Counted from the first letter of the stretch, positions 31,622 to 45,107 are shown. The stretch: DNA of 64,000 bases from Selaginella moellendorffii (GCF_000143415.4 NW_003314289.1:628292-692291), one strand, 5' to 3'. Notes: generated by a model not told the origin, from the sequence alone. Numbers and translations are program-made.

Positions 31622-34600
31622 CATGCCACTCTAGGCACTAAGTTCCATTTTTCCATAATTTGTGCTAAGGTTGTCCACGGCCCTATCATTTGGCTACCTT
31701 ACCGCTCCCTCCCTTGAAACTTTCACTTTTGCTAAATTGGAGTATTTGGGAATCTATTTTTGGAAATACACTTCCTTTCTCACAATCCGTTAGCATCCAA
31801 TACATTAATGTTTCTTGCCTAACTTTCCCATTTAGATTCCTTCCAATGAATTCCATGGCCCAAACTTGGCTACTAGTCTTTTGCTCTTATCTGTTGATTA
31901 TTGCACTAAGTAACATAGGATCATTATTTCTATCCTTGAGGTATTCTTTTTGTTCCATGGCAAAGGCTCCACTTTGCTAAGTCTAGAGGGTGTTCACCCC
32001 TAGTAAGTCTCTTTAGCATTTTCTGCTATGGGCTCTATTCGTGGCCCAACTTTGTAACCCTTTCATAAGTCTTTCCTAGAGATTACTTTTTTGGACTCAC
32101 TATACCATCGCATTAACACTATTAATTTCCCTTTAGGTGTCTTTCCCACTTGGTAACTTTGACCAAATCACACTATTACCAATAGTTCAAATCACCACTT
32201 TGAACTAGGAATCTTATTCCTTAACCAAACAAGGATTTTGTCCTTATTTAGCCACAAGATCACCTAGTGATCTCAGCTTGGCACCTTAAAAGATTTGCCA
32301 ATAGGTATTAAGTTTTCCAAACCTTTGAATTGTTGACCATGACTATGGGGGCATCCTTCACACTTGGCAATGCACCCAAGCCAGCCCTTTTTGCCAAGGG
32401 TCCATAGCAATTGAGACTGGGTGTCCCCATCTCATTCATCACGTCTTTGGTGCCACTTGCACCAAAGTGTTCAAGTTAGATATGCCAAGCTTACACACTA
32501 ATCAATTTAATTGTGCATCATGACTCTGGGGCATCCCCCACTTGGCAGTGTGCCTAAGTCACTTTCCTTACTAAGAGTCCATGACCACCGAAAAATAAGT
32601 GTCTTCATATTCCAAACCATTACCACGCCCTAGTGAGTTGGGACTCAAACCCAAGCACTAGAGGGTTGGGACTCAAACCCAACTTCCATATATGCATCTA
32701 CGAACGGCATCATCTAGGATGCCTGGCATAACTCCCCGCGCCAGTGCACCAACTTATACTTAAAACATGCTACAAATCACAACTTAGGAACCTATGTCTT
32801 CTACATTGCTAAATCCTCTCCCTTGACAAGTCTATGATAATGCATGGACTCCTCCATACTTGGCCTCATAGGCCACCCCTTTTGAAGTTAGCACCTTTAA
32901 CTAGGATATTTGTTCCCCTAACTTGCCAATCTCGCTTAGTAAGTCATTCAACCACTATAACATGGTTCATGCATAAGTGTGAAAGTGTTTGACCATTGAT
33001 TTTCATTTAAATCCCCTTTAAACACTCGAGAACTACTTTCCCAACCTTGATAGCTTTGCCTTATAGTAAACTTCAAGACCACACTTTTGTTGCACCACTC
33101 TAATTTCATATGTTTTATGAACTATTTACATTTGCTTTTCTAGGTACTAAACTACCTAGAATTGTTTTTGGGTTTAAGGTTTATCTAACCTTGAAGGAAC
33201 TCTATCCCTTAGCTTGCTAAAGACTCTCCTTTTACAAGCTTTCTAATTGCCATATAGTCTAACATAGATAATTCTATATTTTAGACTCTCCATGGCATCC
33301 TAGTTGCTAATAACAACCTGCTTGAGCACCCACTTAATTCTCCACTCTTAACTCACATAACCACCCTTGGTTATGCCCTTTAATTTCTATTGTTTGGTTC
33401 TATCCCTTTACTACTTGCTTTTTGGCTTCACACATTTTCTTCAGTTATTGTCCTCCAGACTAAAAGAATAGCTTTGCACTTTCTACCATGCTTTGGCAAG
33501 TATTCATAGGGATGAACTTACCTGATAGTTTAGGGAATGGTTCCTCAATCTAGGTATGCTCACATTGTAATCCCATACACCAGGATTAATGTTGCTACTT
33601 ATAGTCTTTTATATACCCATCACTAGCCTTGCCAAATCTCTTTTTGGCTTTGTCCAATTCGGGTAAATGGACTTTTCCCGTCTCTACAACTTTGAACATT
33701 TGGATAGCACCTCCTATCCATCATTCACTAAGGACTTAGTCTCTTGGGCTTTATCTAATGCCCTCACGACACTAAACACCATTTGTGCTACAACTCATTA
33801 CTAGTGCTTCCACACCTCCATCATTATTTAGGTCACCACACTCCAATTACATGCCTTTTAGCTTAGGTTATGCATTCCTATTTCTATTAAGATTTCTTTG
33901 GGAAAGGGTTCTCATGAACCCGCCAACTTGACCTCAAGGCATCATGCTTTGGCACATTCAGTGTCTTCACACCATCGGCTCCACAAGCCTACCTTTATAA
34001 CACTTTTTATTTGTGTCTAGGTCTTTGCCAAGACCTATATAGTTGTTTCTCATGCCAACTATCCATTAACACTGCACCATATAGTTTACATACAACTTTG
34101 TGTCAAGTTATTTTCTTTTGGGAACTTCTTTCCCACAACATTAGTATGACACATTCTGCCATCAATAAAATACCCATTGTTCTCATACTTGGATCTTATG
34201 ATCCTCCCCATCCTTTGTGGGGTGCAACACACCTTAGTCCAAATGCTTTTACCAATTCCTTAGGATTATTTTTTTACTCTACTTGAGTCATTCAACTTTT
34301 TGAACTTTGCTAATTTGATGACCCATAAGGTCCTACTTCTGAGGTGCTAGCTCGCTAAAATACAACTTTTTGTATTCATGTCCCACTCCTAAAGACCATC
34401 TTTACAAGTGTTACCCTAACACTTGATTATTTTCTGTTCCCTATGAGCTACATTTGCTCCTTAGGACTATCCGTCCATATGATGAGAATATCGACTCATC
34501 CTCTAAGTACACCTCGAACTCCTTGGGTTTGTTCCAGCATTTATAAAAGGTAGCCCTGGCTACCATTTCAAGGACTCGTGTCCTCATCCATATTTGACCT

Positions 34601-35534
34601 CCCACAGTCATTAATTCTGGTCTCAAATTCATGAGCACTAACCTCACCTATATGAGGATAATCTTGTGACTCCTTTATTGTTTTGAAGTCTTTATCTTTC
34701 CCGTGATCCCAACTTTAGTTATTTACCAAAATTATATTAACTAGTTTGCTAAGTCAAATGCTGATTTGGATCACATCCTCAACTCTCTGAGGAAAATTTT
34801 ATATTGTTCCCAAGATCCCAAAGTCATTCCCTTATTAACCCTTTTCTATCCATCACCTTCCCTACAAGTTCACACATGAACTATAGTGGAGAGCCATATC
34901 CTCTCGACTTACTACTCTTCAAGGATAGGCCCACTTATAGGACCTTCCGATGCCAAAACAAGTGGTGATATACTTGAGCACCAATAAGAGTCGGATTAAG
35001 GAATAGCTCTAATACCAAATTATAAACGACTAAATTTTCCATTCTACTTTAGTTAGTTAACCAAACCTCTAACCACTTGAAGGAACCTCACTCACAACCT
35101 CCATAAGTTCTATTCCAGACTTGGGGCTTGCTAGCCTCGAGAATGGCATCCCTACCACTCAACCTTTGCACTTGGTCCAAGTGCTCCATATGTCTGATCC
35201 CATGACTAACACCCAAAGGTATCACTGACATATCAGCTCGTTACACTAAGGCTATGCATATTCACCTTTGCTACACTAGTGGTCCGACACCACTTCCATC
35301 ATAGCCCCGTCTCTCAGAGACTGGGCCATCTGTCCATAAATGGCCATCCCAGATCCACTCCTTAGCATCCTTAGGATGCTCATAAATATGGGGAACAACC
35401 TTCCCCAATATCCCTTTTTTAGTCCCCACTAAATCCTTTTCTGTCCATGGTCGTGCTTGCCAATATTGCCACTAGATCAAGGCCCACAGGCCTGACCACT
35501 AAGTCCCTTTGTTCTCTAAGACTTCCTCACTATG

Positions 35535-38500
35535 TGTAGCACACCTGAATTTGGAGCTGAAATCCAAGCCCATTGTGCTACGAAACGAGGGTCTGGTACA
35601 ATCCCACAAGCACGAGCTCCCCGTATCCAGCACCTACACGCAAAATGGTGTCAGATAGAGTTTGGCACAATTTTGGCATATCGGTGGCCTAACGCGAGGA
35701 GGAGGGTACCCCACCGACTAGAGCAATGTGGAGCTTGGGCTTAGACCTAAGCCAGACGTAGAACAAGGAGCAATACAGCCCAGCGGGAGCTAAACTAATG
35801 TCTTAGGTGGTCGGACATGCATTCCAACCACTATCCCTACTATACATTTGGAACCCCCCCTTGAGGGACACACGCTTTGGGCTTTCACCCCAAGCCTCCC
35901 TTAGTACTAGGAGTTAGTCTCTAGGACAAGTTTGAAACTTACCAAACATGGAATAGTGCTAGATTGCGAATCTGGACACGGGACGAACACCATTGTGTTT
36001 AGGCTAATCTCTACATTCTATAGATATGCCAAATGAGCAAATCTAGACACTTTTCATAATTAGCATTTGGGACCGAAATGAGACCAACACTAAGGGCATG
36101 ATAGCAAGGGTGTTTGGCAGACACGGTAAGCTATCATCTAACGAATATTGAGGGACTAGTCTCAATATCACGGGGGTTCCCAACACTAACAAGTGCAAGT
36201 CAGCATCATGAGTTTCTCGTCACCGTGTCAAGTATACTTGACTTAATGACAACTTAGGATTTCCTTCTTTAGTGCCCTTCTGGTCTAAGTGCACATGTGC
36301 TGACTAGTTTCTCAACTAGCTTGGGTGGAGACTATAAAGGGAACCAACAGTACCAACCTCCTACCATCGTGGCAGTAATGAGAGAGTGTCTGTAAGGACT
36401 AGTTGATAAGTATTTTTTGATACCCGAAGTCACATTTGCGACACTCTCCCCCCTATAGGGAAGATCAACGTCCTCATCGATATATACCCGAGTCTAGCAA
36501 ACCGTCAAGGAAACAACCCTAAAAGTTAATATAAAGCACATTATGTGGGAAACACACCGACTTAAATGAGTTATGGAACGACCTCTCCTCTACATCCAAA
36601 GACGTTAAAACTCAAACACCCTCCGGCCATCGCCGACAAGGAAATGACTAACGAAGCTAGCCACCCTTGCTACTCCGAGTACCACTTAGCTTACAAAGGA
36701 ATGATACATCCCTGCTTGCAGGGACATAGGGACAAGGCCAGAGGCCCAACTGCCCCTGAGCAAGAAATCAACCCCGTCAAGAAGATTTAGACAACTATTA
36801 TAAACTGGCAGATTAAGTTGTTTACACGACCATGCCCCTTTTCCAAAAATGAGGCATCGAGAGAGAGGTGGGGACTTGTGATTAGTCTATAATAGTTATC
36901 CCCATGGTTATGGATTGGACCCATGCACTGAAGTGCCAAAGTCAACCTGCCAAAACTGACCCAAGTATTAACGAGTGAGAGAAATGACACTTTTGATTGA
37001 TAGAAATATATTACTTTATTAATTTGCAAGATTTATTACAAGGTTTACAAAAGCTATTGTTTAGTACGATTCTCATACTCTGTGACAAGCTCACGAGCAT
37101 GTGTAAGATTCCTAAGAGGCTCCCAAGTTGATTCACAAGATGGGTAATCTTTCCACTTAACTAAATATTCCGTGGTTTGACCACCACGTGCTTTATGGGA
37201 CAAGAGGATAGCATCAACCTCATACTCTGGTTCACCATCAATAACATCCGGAGCTAGACGAACATCCCTAGAGCGGCCAGGATCCTCATGATATGGGGCC
37301 AGTAAAATGACATGAAACACATCATGAAGGCTGGATATCTCTTGTGGAATATCCAACTGATAGGATACATCACCAAGTTGTTTCAACACCTGATAGGGTC
37401 CAACATATCTCGGCAAGAGCTTCCGAGACAAAGAACCCTTAATGTTCAAGTTCCGGGAAGATAGCCACAATTAATCTCCCACTTGATAGGATACATTCCG
37501 ACGATGCTGATCCTTATCATGTCAATACCTATCTTGAGCTTTGCCCATTGCCTCAGTAGCTCTAGACCATGTAAATGTGTTGTTATAACAAATTTCTGCT
37601 GTGTCTAAATGCTCAACCCAGTCGCGTTGGTCAACTGTGACATAGTACTGCAGATAATCCTCAACTTGAGCATTCACGTGTTCGGTCTGCCCATCAGTTT
37701 GAGGATGATAAGCGGTACTAAACTTCAACTTGGTACCAAACAGCTGGAACAGTGTGCCCCAAAACTTCCCCATAAACCTTGAATCTCTATTTGAGATCAT
37801 CTCTTCGGGAAGACCACAAACCCACACTACTTCATGGAAAAAGAGCTTTACTGCTTGTTTCGCATTTACTGTTCACACAGTTGGAATGAAGTGTGCAATC
37901 TTTGACAACCAATTCACAACCAATATCAAAGTATCATAACCTTTAGACTTCGGCAAGCAAGTGACGAAATCAAGTGTCACACTTTGAAATGGCCATGCTG
38001 GTGCTGGAATGCACTGCAACTTTCCACCTTGCTTCTCAGTTCTGCGCTTACATTGCTGGCATATAGGGCAAGAACAAACATAGTCCGCTACATCACCTTC
38101 CATACCAAACCAGAAAAATCCCTTTTTCAGTGAAGCCAGAATCTTTCGCTTTCCACCATGTCCCGCTGCCAGAACATCATGATGTTCCCATATAAATAAC
38201 TGCTGCAAATCCTTAGAGGGAAGATACAATCTTTCTTGCTTATAGAATATAAGACCATCCCGAACTGAGAAGTGAAGCTTCGCATTAGTGCGACTAACAA
38301 CTTTCGCTGCTTCGCTACCAAGGCTCTACTTCAACAACCCCATACGGCATAAGATTGCCCTCGCCAATGGATCACTTCCATACGAAGCCCGAACGTCAAT
38401 CTGAACTAATTGCTGATATTGCTCGGAACTGAGCCTGGCAACTCAATGCATCCGGGACAATATTGTCTTTACTAGGTTTATATATGATTTCAATATCATA

Positions 38501-41500
38501 TCTAGCAAGATTCTTTTGCCAACGAGCCTGCTTCGGCGTAAGTTTAGGCTGCGTAGCAAAATAATTCAGTGTGTTACTATCTGTATAAACCTTGGTATGT
38601 CCACCCAAGTAATGTCTCCAATGTTCTGGGGTCGACACTATAGAAAACATCTCTTTCTCATATGTTGGCCATCTTCATTGAGTTTCATCCAATTTCTTGG
38701 AATAGAATGCAATGGGGCAACTATGTCGCCTTAGCATAACACCAACCTCTTTGTCACAATCTTGCTATAACATGGCACTAATAGCATAGCCAAATGCATC
38801 ACAATGCACTTCGAAGGGTTTGTCAAGATTTGGGATCCTAAGAACAGGAACCGTAGTCAAGATCTCCTTCAACCGTACAAAAGCACGCTGACAAGCTAGT
38901 GTCCAATGAAACGAAATACTACTCTTCGTCAACTCAGTCAATGGAAGCGCAATTCTTGCAAAATTGCGGACAAACTTGCGATAGTATCCCGCCAAACTGA
39001 GAAAGGAATGAACATCTGATATAGTGGTTGGGACTTCTCAAGACTTCACCACTTCCACCTTCTTTGGATCGACCTCAATCACGCCACCACCAACTATATG
39101 TCCAAGAAAGTTTACGTGCAATTGACCAGAAGTGCATTTACTTTCCTTAGTATACAGTTTGTGTTCGCGCAACTTCTAAAACACCAGCTCCAAGTGTTTC
39201 AAATGATCCTCCAACGTTTCACTGAAGACTAGAACATCGTCGATATATAGGACAACAAATATGTCCAAATATTCTATCCATCATAGTGCTGAACATTGCT
39301 GAAGCATTGCATAACCCAAATGGCATGACAAGGAACTTATAAGATCCATATCAAGTCTTAAAGGCTGTTTTCTCCACATCTTGATCTGCCACCTGTATCT
39401 AATGATACCTAGACCGGTTTAGCCTTTAAGAGTTGGTCAAACAAGTCATCAATGCAAGGCAAAGGATACTATTTTTAACTATGATCTTATTGAGTGCCTG
39501 ATAGTCAATACACATCCTCATGGTTCTATCCTTTTTCATAACAAAAAGGACCAGCGCTCCATAAAGTGACCTGCTTGGTCGGATATGACCTTTGTTAAGA
39601 AGCTCTGTGAATTGCTTCTTGAGTTCAGCCATCTCCTTGATGTTCAATCAATACAAAGTTTTCGTAGGTGGTTTAGAACTCGGAATAACCTCAATCCAAT
39701 GATCAACCTCACAGCTAGGAGGTAGCCCCAGTGGCAAATCCTTCAAGAAGATATTTTGATTCCTCATCAACAACTCCAATATCTTCTTTGGTACAGGATA
39801 AACCCCGTTGCCGATTCGAACTGAGTCACCAACACCCTCAGCTTCCATCACTTGAACCCAAAAGGTTTGACATCCCTTCTTAGCTGCTTTTTGAGCGGCT
39901 CTTGCAGTCAGGAACTTAGCATCCCAATCCTTTGAAGAGCGCTTTTGCAACTGGAAGGACACATCAGGACGTCCTTCTGACTTCAATGTGATACAACTTT
40001 GTCCAACACCATAAATCCCTCTTATATATTTGTTGAAGAAGTCCATACCAAATACCATATGAAAATCTGGTATCTTCAACACTACCAAGTGCACTCTTTT
40101 TTTCCACTTGGATATTTTTATTGGAACATCATTCACAAACTTTCTGGCTACTTGCCCACCTTCTGCAAACCGGAAGTGCATAGGCGACATTTGCTCAGCA
40201 TTCAATCCTAATAACTTTACTAAGTCTTTGGATATCACACTGTGTGTAGCTCCTGTGTCAATCATCACTCGAATTCAGTGTCCATGGACAAAGCCTAGGG
40301 CCTAGGACCAGAAGAAGCTATTGGTGGTCTCCAACCACCACCACCTTTGTTAACCGTTGCTTGTGAGCCTCCAGGGCGGAACCTGCCTTCCACCCTCTGT
40401 TTCCGGTCACCTTGTTTATTCCTAGAATTCCTATTCTTATCCAAGTTACCAGCATACGGTTGCTGATATTGTTCAATGAGCAAGTGACTAAAGGCAACTT
40501 GCTGCACTGCCTCCTTGCACTCTAGGTACGTCTTTGGCTTAAACTTCAAAATATCATTGCGAGAAAGTGAACTTAAACCTTCTAGAAAATAGCTCCGAGC
40601 ATCTTCGTCACTTATATTTGCAATCATAATGCGCTTCTGAGCAAACGCATTAACGTAATGCATGAGGTCCCCTTGCTACTTTAATCGCCGCAGCTCCGCA
40701 CGAAGTCTAAGACCAAGATCATCCAGCAAGTATTCCTTACGGATACGAGACCGCATCTTGGTCCAACTTCTAGTCTACCCTTTTTCAGCACACACCTGGT
40801 GCCACCAAGTTTTGGCATGATCGGTGAGAAAGGATTGCACGCACGCAACTTTCGTACAATCATCTATGTCTGCCACTATGAAATAGTTTTCCATATCATA
40901 GACCCAGTCTTCCAAAACCTGATAGTCCCACATGCCTCTGAAATTGGGTGGTTTCAGAAGCTTGAACTTTGAAACTCGTGCAACTGGGGGCGGCTGCAGA
41001 ACTTCATCATCTTTAGAACTTGAAGAGAAGTCCGGTTACTTAGGCTTAGCTGGTTTAGCTGCCTCAGCTTCTTTCTTCCTCTTCTTGTTCTCCTTCTTCA
41101 ATTTGTGAATCTCCCTTCGCAAATTCTCAATCTCAACTTCCTGAGCCGTATGCTGCAGTGCCGCAGCATCTGGCTCTTCCTCTTCTGACTTGGCCTCAAC
41201 CTCTTCCGCAGCATCTCTAGTACGAGTTTCCTCTTCTCGATTCGCCCGTCTAGAGGTTTCAGTGTCATCAGCACGGCTCCTTTTCACCATCCTGCTAGCT
41301 GCATGCATGCCTCTATCAGTAACTGAACATGCATACAATGTTCTTACTGAATGGTGCAATCCCACTAATCCTACACAGGTCACTTCGGATCTACTAGAAA
41401 TGTCTCTGTGTATGCAACTTGAGTCAGAAAATTTGACAAAAGTTGGATAGGAATCACTGAGACAATTCCTTTGATGATACCAAATGCAGCGCACTTGAAT

Positions 41501-42297
41501 TTGGAGCCAAACTCCAAGCCTGTTGCACTACAAAACGAGGGTCCGGTACAATCCCATGAGCACCAGCTCCTTGTATCCAACACTTGCACGCAAAATGGTG
41601 TCAGACGGAGTCTACCACAATTTTGGCATACCGATGGCCTAATGTGAGGAGGGTACCCCACTGACTAGAGCAGCGTGGAGCTTGGGCTTAGACCCAAGCC
41701 GGACGCAGAACAAAGAGCGACACAGCCCAACGGGAGCTAAACTAATGTCTCAAGTGGTCGGACATGCATTCCAACCACTATCCCTACTATACATTTGGAA
41801 CCCCCCCTTGAGGGACACACGCTTTGGGCTTTCACCCCAAGCCTCCCTTAGTACTAGGAGTTAGTCTTTAGGACAAATCCGAAACTTACCAAATATGGAA
41901 TGGTGCTAGATTGCGAATCTGGACACGGGACGAACACCATTGTGTTTAGGCTAATCTCTACATTCTATAGATATGCCAAATGAGCAAATCTAGACACTTT
42001 TCATAATTAGCATTTGGGACCGAAATGAGACCAACACTAAGGGCATGATAGCAAGGGTGTTTGGCAGACACGGTAAGCTATCATCTAACGAATATTGAGG
42101 GACTAGTCTCAATATCACGGGGGTTCCCAACACTAACAAGTGCAAGTCAGCATCATGAGTTTCTCATCACCGTGTCAAGTATACTTGACTTAATGACAAC
42201 TTAGGATTTCCTTCCTGCCATTGTGGCAGTAAGGAGAGAGTGTCTGTAAGGACTAGTTGACAAGTATTTTTAGATACCCGAAGTCACATTCGCGACA
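35535..42297 (-). mobile_element. Family A Ty3/gypsy chromovirus, full-length but degenerate, inserted in the B3 5' LTR
   Basis: LTRs 41485-42297 (5', with a ~95-bp deletion) and 35535-36443 (3'). TSD CTATG/CCATG. PBS TGGTATCA after the 5' LTR. PPT GGGGGGAGAG on the minus strand of 36444-36453. Confidence 0.93.
37054..41290 (-). pseudogene. Disrupted gag-pol of family A (PR, RT, RH, IN, chromodomain)
   Basis: Fragments: IDTGATHS (PR); [10 protein letters not shown] and YIDDVLVFS (RT); FEVHCDA (RH); HPQTDGQTE and YVGPYQV (IN); EYEVDAIL...YLVKWKDYPSCESTWEP (chromodomain). Many stops and frameshifts. Confidence 0.92.
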
Positions 42298-42607
42298 CCA
42301 TGTGACCACTACACCAGAGGACTGCTCCTCTTCCTTTTCACCATCTAGGACTTTGGGACAACATTTCAGAACACCATAACCCCACACACTTCCTTTTCAC
42401 CATCTAGGACTTTGGGACAACATTTCGGAACACCATAACCCCACACAAGCCATATGGGTACTCTCCCTACCTTCTGCATTAGGGTGCTCTAGCCATGGGG
42501 CTAGAGCGAGGTTCTGTTGAGCCATACCAAGTGTCCAAGTAGGTAGTGCCACTTATGCTTGGACTGGGAGCATCAACCATTCGATCTCCTAGGGGAATTA
42601 AAGCCGA

Positions 42608-43478
42608 TGTAAGCTCCTAAGTTTAGACTTTCTGGGAGGTCATCCAACCCAGTATTATTCAAACCCAAGGACGCTTAACCCCAAATATCCCAAGACCCTT
42701 AACCGATTGGAAAAGGGGGTGCATTCTTATTCATGGGCCCTTTTCTTCTATATTTGAACCCCATGGACCGTCTATCAAGTAGTTCTCTTTAGTTGCTTAC
42801 AATCCACCACGCTTCCCTGCAAGTTCACACCCTTGTGAACGGAAGCTGAGAGTTGCAGCTCTCCTGAGAGCCTCGCTCTCTTTACACCCTACCCCTCAGG
42901 TCGAGCCCAGCGGGAGCAAACTGGACCAGCCAGATGTCAATCAATGTGTGGTGTGATTCCCCTAGCCAACCAATAGAGTTGGACCCGAGACCCCCTCTGA
43001 TACCAAATGTAACGCTCTGAGTTTGGACTTCCCGGGAGGTTACCCAGCCCAGTACTATTCAAACCCAAGGACACTTAACTCCAACTATCCCAAGACCCTT
43101 AACCAATTGGAAAAGGGGGTGCACTCTTATTCATGGGCCCTTTCCCTCTATATTTGAACCCCATGGACCATCTATTAAGTCGTTCTCTTTGGTTGTTTAC
43201 AATCCATCACGCTTCCCTGCAAGTTCACACCCTCGTGAATGGAAGCTGAGAGCCACAGCTCTCCCAAGAGCCCCGCTCTCTTGACACCCTACTCCTCGGG
43301 TCGAGCCTAGCGGGAGCAAACTGGACCAGCTAGATATCAATCAACATGTGGTGTGATTCCTTTAGCCAACCAACAGAGTCGAATTTGAGACCGCTCTAAT
43401 ACCAAATGTAAGCTCCTAAGTTTGGACTTCCCGGGAGGTCACCCAACCCAGTACTATTCAAACCCAAGGACACTTAAC
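42608..43478 (-). mobile_element. Tandem array of Cassandra-type TRIM units (LTR-int-LTR-int-partial LTR)
   Basis: 194-bp LTRs at 42608-42801 and 43008-43201, partial LTR at 43407-43478, and ~205-bp non-coding interiors. The minus strand has a Met PBS (TGGTATCAGAG) and a GTGGTGGAT PPT-like tract. Each LTR carries a 5S rRNA-like block. Confidence 0.9.
43025..43080 (-). ncRNA. 5S rRNA-derived segment (A-box, IE, C-box region) in a TRIM LTR; also at ~42625-42679, ~43424-43478 and ~47066-47120
   Basis: Minus strand AGTTAAGTGTCCTTGGGTTTGAATAGTACTGGGCTGGGTAACCTCCCGGGAAGTCC versus plant 5S AGTTAAGCGTGCTTGGGCGAGAGTAGTACTAGGATGGGTGACCTCCTGGGAAGTCC (from memory). Not a full 5S gene. Confidence 0.88.
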
Positions 43479-43489
43479 GTAAGTATGTA

Positions 43490-43945
43490 AGGTAGGAGAT
43501 TGTTTTCAACCACCGACCTTGTTTTCCCCTTAGGTCGGGCTGTGATAAGAAGTGTTTCATTGCCACATTGTCCGTGTAAACTTTGAAGTGTCTCCCAAGG
43601 TAGTGTCGCCACTCCTTAAGCACCTTGACCACCGCAAACAATTCCTTCTCATGGGTAGGCCACTTCCGTTGAGCCTTGTCCAACTTTTTCGAGAAGAACG
43701 CTACTGGATGGTTGTCTTGCTTCAAAACTGCGCCCAACGCAAAGTCTGAAGCATCCGTTTCTACCTCAAAGTCCTTACCAAAGTCTGGTAATGCCAACAC
43801 AGGAGCCTTTCTCAACTTCCCCTTGAGGTGGACGAATGCCGCCTCGCATTCTACTGTCCATACCATCTTCCTTTTTCCTGTTTGGTCCGTTAAGGGCAGG
43901 GCTACTCTCAAATAGTGTTTAATAAACTTTTGATAGTAGTTGCAT
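43490..43945 (-). pseudogene. Ty3/gypsy RT-connection/RNase H fragment inside chimera D
   Basis: CNYYQKFIKHYLRVALPLT...APVLALPDFGKDFEVETDASDFALGAVL...HEKELFAVVKVLKEWRHYL...VYTDN...RWL. Confidence 0.9.
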
Positions 43946-43962
43946 ACTTACAATGGACCAAT

Positions 43963-44947
43963 TGTAAGTGATGGACGTTAAGGTACTTCTCCACGGATTC
44001 CCAAATCTCTCCCAATCCCCCTCCTCAGGTTAGACTGGACTTAATGTTCGGCTACACTCCCCGTAGACACAAGCAACCAAGCACACCAAGCCTCCAGGTT
44101 CCTAACACCCCTGATACCACAAGACTTGATCATGGGACCCTCTAAATCCCGAGTCTTGAGTGCAACACTTGCTTCGGGATGCCAGGGCGAAACACCGTGG
44201 CCTAATGCCCTAGTATGGGTACCTCTACCCCCCCCACTTCCATCCCGAAGGAAGGCCCAAGCCCCTAGGAAGGGCGAGGACCAATGAGCCACATGGTACT
44301 CAAGTGGGGCACCACTCCATATGAGCCGGGAGCACTGCTGTCGGTTTCCCTTTCGGGAGTGGGAGCTGCTCTTGAGCACTTCCTGGGGTGGCCCCTCCGG
44401 CACCACCCAAGTCCCTGCTCACTCCCACCCAAGGCCCCTCGGCCCCAGTCTCAACCTCAAGTCAGTTTGGAAGCACCACTAGAGAGTTTCTTCAAGACTA
44501 GTTACTGGACCTCACTATCTCTACTATACTTTTGGAACCCCCTGCAGCCCCCCCTCCCCCTAGGAGACACACATTTTGGGGTTTCACCCCTTGACCTGTA
44601 TTAGTACTCGGACTCGGTCTTGGACTTGATCTCGGACCCGACTTCGGATTCGGTCTCGGACTCGATTTCGGACTCAATCTCGGACCCAATCTCGGACTCG
44701 ACTTTGGACTCGATCTCGAACTTGGTCTCGGACCCATTTTCGGATCTCGGACTCCGTCTCGAACTCGGTCTCGAACTCGGTCTCCGAGTCGGCCTCGGAC
44801 TCGATTCCGGACTCTATCTCGAACTCGGTCTTAGAGTCGGTCTTGGACTCGATCTCAGACTCGGTCCCATCCGATGAACTCTTTGTCATTTCGGTCATGC
44901 TTTCAGGGATCCTTTAGCCTACGACATCTCGGGGAGTTAGTTCCTTA
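43963..44947 (-). repeat. Nearly complete LTR of family F (related to B LTRs) inside chimera D
   Basis: On the minus strand it ends CACTTACA followed by ATTGGT (start of a PBS). It shares the GGGTGAAA..CCAAAAGTATAGTAG block and the GAGTCC microsatellite with B LTRs. Its first ~65 bp are duplicated at 47231-47295. Confidence 0.7.
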
Positions 44948-45064
44948 GGCGGGAACCTTGGCGAGGGAACTTAGCAAAAGTCAAGGCAGTGTTGGATGGA
45001 TAGACGAGGTAAGCTGGCAAATTGGAAAGAAAAAATTTGTGGCTTACAATTTGGTATTGGAGCC
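44948..45064 (+). repeat. 3' ~100 bp of a family E LTR plus Met-type PBS
   Basis: ...GGAAAGAAAAAATTTGTGGCTTACA (ends 45048), then TGGTATTGGAGCC (45052-45064), directly upstream of gag. Confidence 0.75.
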
Positions 45065-45107
45065 TTTTCCTTAGTTCTAGTGAAGGATAGAGGCGGATTG
45101 CTAGGAG

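Noticed and set aside
42329-42447. ~59-bp tandem duplication in the B3 5' LTR between insertions A and D
   Set aside because: Real, but most simply local slippage with no evidence of function.
42625-42679. Functional 5S rRNA gene array
   Set aside because: Only the ~55-nt internal promoter part is present, embedded in LTRs with PBS and PPT; there is no 5S 5' half or oligo-T terminator.
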